Shown: positions 34,411 through 43,200 of the stretch, one piece after another
Layout of the letters: every line of letters begins with the position of its first letter
Numbering within the stretch: position 1 is the stretch's first letter
Assembly (NCBI GenBank): GCA_026391805.1
Contig: JAPLDJ010000024.1
Coordinates: 15,020 to 79,019 of the forward strand
DNA from: Bacteroidota bacterium
Lineage (GTDB): Bacteria > Bacteroidota > Bacteroidia > Bacteroidales > FEN-979
Direction: 5' to 3'
Length of the DNA: 64,000 nucleotides
Program-made: the position numbers and the translations under genes
Notes under the pieces: generated by a model
The model's input: only the letters and a program-made list of their open reading frames with translations
Database searches by the model: none
What the model was told of the DNA's origin: nothing

Positions 34411-34450
34411 AATAACCATTACACATACGGTTTGTAATCTCTGTTATGCC

Positions 34451-34458
34451 TACTTTTG
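34451..34458 (+). promoter_or_regulatory. candidate -7 box (TACTTTTG) for the radical SAM pair
   Basis: Exact TAnnTTTG match. It lies downstream of the track start ATG 34446 and 35 nt upstream of ATG 34494, which favours 34494. Confidence 0.4.
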
Positions 34459-34493
34459 CAATTGCAGAAACAAATAAATTTCTAAAGGTCGAC

Positions 34494-35966
34494 ATGGTAA
34501 AGGGCCATCCCGTAAAACTTCTCCTGATTCATCCTGCGAATAAGACGCGGACCGGTTTTCTGAACGACCACAGCACCCGTTTTATGCCGCTGGGACTGGG
34601 CATTGTCGCCGCCCTTACGCCGCCGCATTGGGAAGTTGAATTGCTTGATGAAAGCTTTGAAGACTTCACCTTACGTCCAGCCGATCTGGTGGCATTTACG
34701 AGTTTTACTTCCAATGCCCCGCGTGCCTATGAAATTGCGGCCCGGTACCGGGAAGCAGGCATTCACACAGTGATGGGAGGGATCCATGCCTCGATGTTCA
34801 CTGAAGAAGCGCTGAAGTACATGGATACTGTTGTTACCGGCGAGGCGGAAGGCGCCTGGCCTGAAGTGATCGCTGATTTTGAAGCCGGCAGGATAAAGCG
34901 CCTGTATGAAGGAGGGATCAATGACGTTGATAAAATCCCCCATGTCAGAAGGGAGATCTACAAATATCCATATGCTTATGACCTTGTGCAGACGTCGCGC
35001 GGATGTCCGTGGGGTTGTGAATTCTGTTCGGTTACGCACATGTGCGGAAAGATCTACCGTGAACGCGATGTGGAGGATGTCCTGGATGAGCTTGAAGAAA
35101 CAACCCGCCCGATGGTCTTTTTCGTGGATGATAACCTGGTGAATTACAAAAAAGGATCCGACGAGCGCGCCATCCGGCTCTTTAAAGGGATGGTGGAACG
35201 AGGAATGAAAAAGCACTGGCTTTCGCAGGCAGCATTGAATTTTGCGGACAATGAAGAGGTGCTTTACTGGGCCAGGAAGAGCGGCTGTACCATCATCCTG
35301 ATGGGCATTGAAGCTGAAAATCCGGAGGCGCTCAAGGATGTGAAAAAGAACCTTAACCTGAAACGCGGCACCGGCTCTTATGAAACGGTAATTAAAAAAA
35401 TGCACAGGCATGGCATCGGCATCCTGGCCACGCTTATTTTTGGCATGGACAGTGACCGGAAAGAGGATTTCATGGCCCGTGGCGAATTCATCAATAAAAG
35501 CACGCTCGATGCCTACCAGTGTACGATCCTTACCCCGCTGCCAGGTACAACCCTCTTCGACAGGCTGAAAGAGCAGAACAGGATTGTCCTGAACAATTAT
35601 CCTGACGACTGGAAGCATTATCATTTCATAAAAGCCACGCATGTCACGCCGAATATGAGCCAGGATGAAATCGAATCCACTATGCACGAAGTCTGGCTGA
35701 ATCTCTACAACAAGGAAACCATGCGCCGGAAAATGTTCCGGACACTCTGGAATACGAAGAGTTTCATGACGGCCTATTGGGCGTATGCCAGCAATCATAA
35801 CTACGGACGGATATGCCTGGAAGGTGTTCCGGAAAGCAACGTTGCCGGTTCCGGCTGGAAGAATTTTAAACACAGACTTTATCTTAAGTTCACCGATAAG
35901 GTGATTTGGCTGATCTATCAGCTTGTCTGGACAAGGATGATCAGGAAAATTTCAGCAAACAGATAA
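34494..35966 (+). CDS. B12-binding-domain radical SAM enzyme (class B) 1
   Basis: N-terminal Rossmann-like B12 domain (KLLLIHPANK...PLGLGIVAALTP), radical SAM cluster motif TSRGCPWGCEFCSV (CxxxCxxC), and a conserved C-terminal extension. Confidence 0.85.
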   Translation: MVKGHPVKLLLIHPANKTRTGFLNDHSTRFMPLGLGIVAALTPPHWEVELLDESFEDFTLRPADLVAFTSFTSNAPRAYEIAARYREAGIHTVMGGIHASMFTEEALKYMDTVVTGEAEGAWPEVIADFEAGRIKRLYEGGINDVDKIPHVRREIYKYPYAYDLVQTSRGCPWGCEFCSVTHMCGKIYRERDVEDVLDELEETTRPMVFFVDDNLVNYKKGSDERAIRLFKGMVERGMKKHWLSQAALNFADNEEVLYWARKSGCTIILMGIEAENPEALKDVKKNLNLKRGTGSYETVIKKMHRHGIGILATLIFGMDSDRKEDFMARGEFINKSTLDAYQCTILTPLPGTTLFDRLKEQNRIVLNNYPDDWKHYHFIKATHVTPNMSQDEIESTMHEVWLNLYNKETMRRKMFRTLWNTKSFMTAYWAYASNHNYGRICLEGVPESNVAGSGWKNFKHRLYLKFTDKVIWLIYQLVWTRMIRKISANR

Positions 35967-35998
35967 ACCCGTTGAGCGAAGCTGTAGAAAATAAGAAG

Positions 35999-37450
35999 AT
36001 GAAATTGCTCCTTGTAAACCCGGCAAATAAAAACCGTAAAGGATTTGTCATAGATCCAAGTACCTGTTACATGCCGATCGGGCTGGGAATCGTTGCAGCG
36101 CTGACCCCTTCAAACTGGGATGTGGAACTTCTCGATGAAAGCTTCGAGGAATTCACGCTCCGCTCCGCCGATGTGGTTGCATTTACGGGTTTTACCGCCA
36201 ATGCTGCACGGGCCTATGAAATCGCAACCATTTGCAGGGAAGCGGGCATGCATACGGTCATGGGTGGCATTCATGCGTCGATGTATACCGGCGAGGTCAT
36301 GGAGTATATGGATACCGTTGTTACCGGTGAAGCCGAAGGCGCCTGGCCTGCTTTTATTACCGATTTTGAAGCGGGAGAAACAAAGCGCCTGTATGACGGC
36401 GGAATCGTGGATATTAAAAATGTGCCCCGCGTCAGGCGCGACATTTATAAGCATCCTTACAATTATGACCTTGTACAAACCTCGCGCGGATGCCCCTGGG
36501 GCTGCGAATTCTGTTCCGTTACCCACATGTGCGGGAAGACATACAGGGAACGCGATGTGGAGGATGTTCTGAACGAACTGGAGGAAACGACCCGCCCCAT
36601 CGTCTTTTTTGTGGACGACAATCTTGTAAACCATAAAAAAGGCGCCGACGAACGTGCGATCCGGCTCTTCAAAGGCATGGTTGAAAGAGGGATGAAGAAA
36701 TTCTGGTTCACCCAGGTGGCATTGAACTTTGCAGATAATGACGAGGTGCTTTACTGGGCACGGAAAAGCGGTTGCATGGGAGTGCTGATGGGGATTGAAG
36801 CAGAATCACCGGCGGCGCTTAAAGATGTCAGGAAGAACCTGAACCTGAAGCGGGGCGTGGATTCGTACAAAGAGACCTTCAGGAAGATCCACAAACACGG
36901 AATGGGAGTCCTCGCATCCGTCATGTTCGGAATGGAGAGCGACAGGAAAGAAGACCTTTTTGCAAGAGGGAACTTCATCCGGGAAAGTTCAATGGATACC
37001 TACCAGACCTCGATCGTGACACCTTTTCCCGGTACCATCCTGTTCGACAGGATGAAAAGTCTGGACAGGATTGTCAGAAAAAATTATCCCCACGACTGGC
37101 AACTGTATGACGGTACGCGGTCAGTCATGAACACGGCCTCAATAAAGCCGGAGGAAATGGAAAATGCCGTGTATGAGATCTGGCTCAATATTTATGACAA
37201 GGCTGCCATGCGCAGGAAAATGTTCCGAACCCTCTGGAATACAAAAAGTTTTTTAACGGCTTACTGGGCCTATGCCGCAAACCATAACTATGCACGCATA
37301 AATCTTGAAGGGGTTCCCCGGCCCTCCGTCTCCGGTTCCGCCTGGAGAGTATTCAGGAACAAGTTCTACCTTAAATTTACGGATATGGTTCTCTGGATAA
37401 TATACCAGCTTGTCTGGACAAGGATGATCCGAAAACTTGCACCGAAATAA
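35999..37450 (+). CDS. B12-binding-domain radical SAM enzyme (class B) 2, tandem paralog
   Basis: About 70% identical by eye to the upstream gene, with the TSRGCPWGCEFCSVTHMCGK block identical. ATG 35999 (MKLLLVNPANK) aligns with the paralog start, and the gap to it is 32 nt. Confidence 0.85.
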   Translation: MKLLLVNPANKNRKGFVIDPSTCYMPIGLGIVAALTPSNWDVELLDESFEEFTLRSADVVAFTGFTANAARAYEIATICREAGMHTVMGGIHASMYTGEVMEYMDTVVTGEAEGAWPAFITDFEAGETKRLYDGGIVDIKNVPRVRRDIYKHPYNYDLVQTSRGCPWGCEFCSVTHMCGKTYRERDVEDVLNELEETTRPIVFFVDDNLVNHKKGADERAIRLFKGMVERGMKKFWFTQVALNFADNDEVLYWARKSGCMGVLMGIEAESPAALKDVRKNLNLKRGVDSYKETFRKIHKHGMGVLASVMFGMESDRKEDLFARGNFIRESSMDTYQTSIVTPFPGTILFDRMKSLDRIVRKNYPHDWQLYDGTRSVMNTASIKPEEMENAVYEIWLNIYDKAAMRRKMFRTLWNTKSFLTAYWAYAANHNYARINLEGVPRPSVSGSAWRVFRNKFYLKFTDMVLWIIYQLVWTRMIRKLAPK

Positions 37451-37467
37451 AGATCAATCCCCGGGGA

Positions 37468-38781
37468 TCAGCCCTGCCTCACCCTTCCGGTGTAACGTTT
37501 TACAAAACTCTTGATAAAATAAAAATCGCTTTTCCGGAAACGGAAGATCTCCGTTACCGGCATCTTCACCCTCCTCGAATAGGCGATCAGGAAGATAATG
37601 CAGCCAACCCCGTAGCTGACATTTGTTGCCCAGACTGCGCCCATTCCGCCATGGCGCGGGATCCAGAGTATGTTCAGCAGAACATTCAGGATCAATGGGA
37701 ACAGGAAACAAAAAATGGCCACCTGCGGTTTTCCCATACCGGCCAGGCGGCTGTTGAGGATCCTGAAGATCACCATGAACATGATCCCGGGCAATATTCC
37801 CTGCATCATCGGTACGCTGCCTTTAAAGCCGGCTCCGAAGATCAGGGGCATGAGCGGCGGGGCCAGAAGGATCATCACCAGGCATCCAAACAGCCCGAAC
37901 AACAGGGAAACCCGGAGAATGGATGCCACAGTTTTATGAACGGCTTTTTCGTCCTCAGCATGGGCGCTTCGTGTAAGGACGATGGTTTCGATGGCGCTCG
38001 GGATGTGCCACATCTGCTCCGCGATCTGCACGGCCAGCGAATAAAGCCCGACCTGCTCCAGGGTGGAATATTTTTTCAGGAGGAGGATATCCACACGGTA
38101 ATTCAGCTGCATGACGAAAATGGAAAGGGCAAATACAACGCCCAGCCTCACCATGCTTTTCATGATCCCTTCATGGTATTTCCAGGTGATATGGTAAGAT
38201 TTCCGGATGATGTAGAAGACGAAAAAGAACATGCAGAAATTCCCAATGAACAATGCCAGGAATGCCCCACGGACAGATAATTTCAGGATCCAGACAAAAA
38301 GGATCACAAAGACAAGGTTGAGAACCGTAGGACCTGCATTCAGGATATTAGCCCTCAGGATTTCCTGTTTCCCGAGAAAGACTCCTCCTGCAAACACATT
38401 GCAGAGAACAAACGGAACGGTCAGCAGGATCAGTGTCAGCAAAACCGGATCAGCATTCCCGGACTCTGAAAAAAGGAAAACAGCTCCGCTGATCAGGACG
38501 CTCAGGACACTGGTGATCAGCAGTAAAATAAAGACCGCAGAAACAATGTTGTCTTCCTCCATTTTTTTTGCCCCGAGATGGTACATGGTGGCCCGCCGGA
38601 TCCCGAGCTGGGTAAACCCGATCACGATGAGCGGCACAACAATGATGGAAGAATAAAGACCATATCCCGCTGCTCCAAGGATCCGCGAAAGGATGATCCC
38701 GATCAGCAGGCTGCTGGCCGTCACGGCCAGGTTGCTGCCAAATACGCTCATGATATCCCTGAAGTAACTTCTCTGGGCCAA
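37468..38781 (-). CDS. MOP-superfamily polysaccharide/oligosaccharide flippase (Wzx-like)
   Basis: 437 aa with about 12-14 TM helices and an N-terminus typical of Wzx. The track start at 38781 is TTG, and an alternative ATG lies at 38751. Confidence 0.8.
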   Translation of the reverse strand: MAQRSYFRDIMSVFGSNLAVTASSLLIGIILSRILGAAGYGLYSSIIVVPLIVIGFTQLGIRRATMYHLGAKKMEEDNIVSAVFILLLITSVLSVLISGAVFLFSESGNADPVLLTLILLTVPFVLCNVFAGGVFLGKQEILRANILNAGPTVLNLVFVILFVWILKLSVRGAFLALFIGNFCMFFFVFYIIRKSYHITWKYHEGIMKSMVRLGVVFALSIFVMQLNYRVDILLLKKYSTLEQVGLYSLAVQIAEQMWHIPSAIETIVLTRSAHAEDEKAVHKTVASILRVSLLFGLFGCLVMILLAPPLMPLIFGAGFKGSVPMMQGILPGIMFMVIFRILNSRLAGMGKPQVAIFCFLFPLILNVLLNILWIPRHGGMGAVWATNVSYGVGCIIFLIAYSRRVKMPVTEIFRFRKSDFYFIKSFVKRYTGRVRQG

Positions 38782-38816
38782 GGAAGATGCAATAAAGAAA
38801 AAATACTAAATTCGTA

Positions 38817-38824
38817 CAAAAATA
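38817..38824 (-). promoter_or_regulatory. candidate -7 box (TATTTTTG) for the flippase gene
   Basis: The plus strand reads CAAAAATA 35 nt upstream of TTG 38781 and 65 nt upstream of ATG 38751. Confidence 0.4.
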
Positions 38825-38895
38825 GGAATTGTTATGAAGCAAAGCCATGTGTATATTTTTCTTTCAATTCTTTAACCCTGATAATGCTTTTCACG

Positions 38896-40026
38896 ATGCA
38901 GATCCCTTTCAATAAACCCTATTTCCCCCGCACCAGCATGATGGCATTTTACCGCGCGGCTAAAGCAGGGAGCATGGCCGGAAACGGGCCCTACACACGA
39001 AAATGCCAGCGGTTTTTTGAAGAACGGTACGGCTTCAGGAAGACCCTGATGACAACATCCTGCACGGATGCGCTCGAGATGGCCGGACTGCTGACCAATA
39101 TTGAACCGGGTGATGAGGTGATCCTCCCGTCGTTCACCTTTGTCTCGACGGCGAATGCCTTTCTGCTGAGGGGTGCAAAGCTGGTTTTCGCCGATACACT
39201 TCCCGACATTCCCAACATCAATCCAAAACAAATTGAAGCCCTGGTAACCTCCCGCACAAAAGCCATCGTAGTGGTTCATTACTGCGGGATCGCCTGTGAA
39301 ATGGATCGCATCATGGAGATTGCCCGAAAGAACAACCTTGTCGTTATTGAAGATGCCGCACATGCACTCGATTCATTTTACAACGGTAAGCCGCTGGGCT
39401 CAATCGGCCATTATGGTACGTTCTCTTTTCATGAGACAAAGAATATTTTCTGCGGGGAAGGAGGGTTGCTGGCGGTCAATGATGCAGCATCCGAAAAGCG
39501 TGCGGAGATCGTATGGGAGAAAGGCACCAACCGTGCCGCCTTTTACCGCGGCGAGGTGGATAAATACGGATGGGTGGATAAAGGTTCTTCCTTCCTGCCT
39601 TCCGATGTACTGGCTTCTTTTCTGTATCTTCAGCTGAAGATGCTGGAGAAGATCCAGGGGAAACGGATTGCGCACTGGAACCGTTATAATTCCCTGCTGA
39701 AACCGGTGGAAGAAAAAGGATTGCTGAAATTGCCGGTTATCCCATCCTTTGCGACCGTGAACGGAAACATGTTTTATTTTACCCTGCCGTCGCGGGAAGA
39801 ACGGGAGAAAATGCTCATCTTCCTGCGCTCGCACGGGATCATGGCGGTGTTTCATTACCTGCCACTGCATTCCAGTACCTTCTTTTTGGATAAGCACGAC
39901 GGACGGGAACTTCCGTTCACCGACCGCTTTTCAGACTGCATCGTCAGGCTGCCGTTCTATTATGGATTGAAGAACAGGGAGATTGATTACATTGTTGAAA
40001 TGGTTGGCCGTTTCTTTAATCAGTGA
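38896..40026 (+). CDS. wecE: dTDP-4-amino-4,6-dideoxyhexose aminotransferase (DegT/DnrJ/EryC1/StrS family, WecE-like)
   Basis: 376 aa from ATG 38896. IPFNKPYF start, SCTDALEMA, PSFTFVSTANAF, the PLP-lysine context FSFHETKN, EKGTNR and VFHYLPLH. It lines up closely with E. coli WecE as I recall it. The track ORF start at 38578 is an upstream read-through. Confidence 0.8.
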   Translation: MQIPFNKPYFPRTSMMAFYRAAKAGSMAGNGPYTRKCQRFFEERYGFRKTLMTTSCTDALEMAGLLTNIEPGDEVILPSFTFVSTANAFLLRGAKLVFADTLPDIPNINPKQIEALVTSRTKAIVVVHYCGIACEMDRIMEIARKNNLVVIEDAAHALDSFYNGKPLGSIGHYGTFSFHETKNIFCGEGGLLAVNDAASEKRAEIVWEKGTNRAAFYRGEVDKYGWVDKGSSFLPSDVLASFLYLQLKMLEKIQGKRIAHWNRYNSLLKPVEEKGLLKLPVIPSFATVNGNMFYFTLPSREEREKMLIFLRSHGIMAVFHYLPLHSSTFFLDKHDGRELPFTDRFSDCIVRLPFYYGLKNREIDYIVEMVGRFFNQ

Positions 40027-40041
40027 TGTTTTTTGCTTTCT

Positions 40042-40245
40042 GATGCTGGATGCTGGATGCTGGATGGCGCGCGTCTCTGACGCGTGCCAACTACTGCAAT
40101 GGCCAATGCACCTCATCCCCCGGCCATCACCATGTCATTGCGAGCAAAGCGAAGCAATCCCCTGCACTTATAACCCACCTTGTCATTGCGAGGAGCATAG
40201 CGACGAAGCAACCTCATGGATGGCGCGCGTCTCTGACCTCAGACC
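40042..40245. repeat. composite repeat block: 7-bp tandem, 20-bp direct repeat pair, two GTCATTGCGAG units, GACCTC units
   Basis: GATGCTG x3.7 at 40042-40067. GGATGGCGCGCGTCTCTGAC occurs at 40062-40081 and again, perfectly, at 40218-40237. Units at 40131-40167 and 40178-40215. TGACCTCAGACCTC at 40234-40247. Confidence 0.7.
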
Positions 40246-43200
40246 TCACTTCTTAAGTTCCGGCAACCTTCCCGGCAATGGAGGAGCATTCAGCATCTCC
40301 AATTGCTTTTCAAGTTCCGGCAGATCCATTTCCCCGATCTTCTTGATGGCATCATACACCGGCGGGAATTCATCCTCCAGTATCTGAAAAGCATCCAGTT
40401 GCAACTGTGTTGGCTGGGATGTGGATGTCCATGTCGTGTAAGCGATTTTTTCAAGCCTCGAATTCAACGGAACCGGTGCCGGAGGATTTTCTTCATTGCT
40501 CGGTCTTTTGCTTCTCCGGTTGATTTTGACATTGAGGATCTCGTCGAGGCTGGCCTGGATGGCGAGGGCTTTTTTGGTCAGCCCGGCCGAGGCGCCGGGT
40601 GTGCTGTTGAGCGACTGCAGAATGTCGGAAACCCGCTTGTAAAGAGTTCCGGCATAATCCTCTGTCCCCTGCATGACGCGGGTCAGGTTTGCAATTCTTT
40701 TGTGAAACGCAACCATTTCCGCCCGGTTGGTTGCAGGCAGGGAAGTATTATTGAGCACCACGGCATTGAATTCAACAGGATCTGCAAGCGGCTTGGTTTC
40801 GCCGGCGGCCGTCAGGGCAAGGCTGACCTTGTATTTCCCTGGCATGGCCAAAATCCCGCTGCCGTTGTCCTTCAGCGGATCATATTTCTCGCCCGATTCC
40901 TGCATCCGTGTGGATTGGTAACGCAAATCCCAGTTTGTGCGGCTGATCCCTTTCGACGGGCTCTTCCGGATCGTGCGGACGACATTTCCACCCTCATCGG
41001 TCACCGTAAAGATCAGATAGGGGGCAATCTCATTCTGTTCGGCGCGCAGATCGGCGTCAGAAGGCTGGGGGATGCGCTCTCCCTTTTTAAAGAGCTCTTT
41101 TTCCTTTTCCTGGCGTTTCTCTTTCAGCGTCTTTGGAACATCCTTGATATAATAAGTAAAGATGGCGCCGAAATCAGGATTCTTTGCAACATAAACCGTT
41201 GAACCCTGCCCGTACTTTCCATCCGAAGGAATATACATCAGCGCATCCTTCACCGGGAAGATGAAAGCTTCCTTGTCGAGGGTCTCTTTATTGATTTTAC
41301 GAAGGGGTGAATAATCATCGAGGATGTAAAAACCACGGCCGAAGGTGGCCAGTACAAGATCGGTCTCTCTTTTCTGGATGGTCATATCCCTGACAGCAAT
41401 GGTCGGAATTCCCGCTTTCAGCTGGATCCATTTCTTTCCGCCATCGACCGTGAAGAAGCATCCGAATTCGGTCCCGGCGAAAAGCAGATCCGGGTTCAGG
41501 AAATCCTGCTGGATGTTGTGAACCGTGCCGTTGGCCGGGAGATCACCTGATATCGATATCCAGGTAGAGCCTTTATCGGTGCTCTTTAAGATGTAAGGCT
41601 TGAAATCATCGCGGAGAATGTTGTCAAATGAAGCAAAGACAATATTCTCGTCAAACCGTGACGGGAATATGCAGCTCACATAAGTGTTTTCGGGAATACC
41701 GGGAAACTTGTCCATTTTTGTCCAGTTCTTTCCTGCATCTTCCGTCACCTGGATGAGGCCGTCATCCGTGCCTGCGTACAGCAGGTTTTCTTTCATGGGC
41801 GATTCGGCCAGCGAAATGATCGTACCGTAAAGCGAAGTCGAAATGTCTTTCTGAACGGCATCGATGCTCCAGTATTTTCCCATCACCGGCCAGGTGTTGC
41901 GGTCGATCTTTGCGGTAAGGTCATCGCTGATCACCTGCCAGGTATTCCCGCGGTCGTCGCTGCGGAAAACCTTGTTGGCCGAGCAGTAAAGGCGCGTATG
42001 CGAATGCGGGCTGATGAACAGCGGCGTGTTCCAGTTCCATTTGTAGCTGTCTTCGCCTTTCCTTGGCTCCGGCCTTATATCCAGCGCTTCCCCGCTTTTC
42101 CGGTCGTATCGTACCATTCCGCCATACTGGGATTCGGCATACACGATGTTCGGATCGAGCGGATCAATCTGCGACCAGAAGCCGTCGCCTCCGTTAGTGA
42201 CAAACCAGTCATCGCTCAGCACGCCTTCCCCACGGACCGAACGGGAAGGTCCCCCGAGTGAATTGTTGTCCTGGGTTCCGCCATAAACATAATAAAACGG
42301 AAGGGTGTTATCCACCTGCACCCTGTAAAACTGGGTCACCGGGAGGTTTGATTTGTAGATGAATTCTTTTGCGCCGTCATAGGTCTCATAAACTCCGCCG
42401 TCGCCGCCGATCAGGAAATGATCCGGGTTGGCAGGATCGATCCACATGGCGTGATCGTCAACATGACGTTTGTTGTTACCTACCTGGCGCCAGGTCTTGC
42501 CGCCGTCTTCCGATACCTGTGCAACAGTTTCAACCGAATAAAGCTTGTCAGCATTTTTCGGATCACAGAAGATCCGGTTGTAATATTGACCCTGTGCAAC
42601 ATGGCCGCTCATCTTCTGCCACGAAGCGCCCCGGTCGGTGGTGCGGTACACCCCGCCTGCATCCTCTGCAGCTTCAATGATGGCATAGACTACATCCGGG
42701 TTCACCGGTGAGATGGCCATCCCGATCCCACCCATGTCGGCCGAAGGCAAACCCGAGGTCAGTTTATCCCAGGTCTCGCCTGCATTGGTCGATTTATAGA
42801 TAGCCGTTTCCGGTCCTCCACCGATCTTGGTGAATACATGCCTCCGCCGCTGTTCGGCCGAAGCGTAAAGCACATCGGGGTTCCGGGGATCCATAATGAT
42901 GTTCTTGACTCCTGTGTTTTCGCTGATCTCAAGCACCTTCTTCCATGTTTTTCCTCCGTCAACGGATTTGTAAAGTCCGCGGTCGCCGCCCGGTCCCCAT
43001 ACGGAGCCTTCAGCGCCAACATATACAACATCCGAATTCCGCGGATCGACCACAATGGTTCCTGTTTGACGCGAATCTTTCAGCCCCATGTTCTTCCAGC
43101 TTTTTCCTCCGTCGGTACTTTTATAAACACCGTCTCCGTAACCCAACGAGCGCTGTGAATTGCGTTCCCCGGTACCTGCCCAGATCACATTCGGGTTGTT

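Noticed and set aside
34036-34445. Cobalamin or SAM riboswitch upstream of the B12-radical SAM genes.
   Set aside because: I could not find a B12-box-like element or SAM-I/II conserved helices. The region is AT-rich and is explained by the sulfotransferase promoter, the REP-like hairpins and the RAYT stump.
34671-35873. 400-aa ORF antisense to radical SAM gene 1, and 36110-36634 antisense to gene 2.
   Set aside because: The sense frames carry the CxxxCxxC and B12-domain signatures and are conserved between the two paralogs. The antisense frames are low-complexity shadows.
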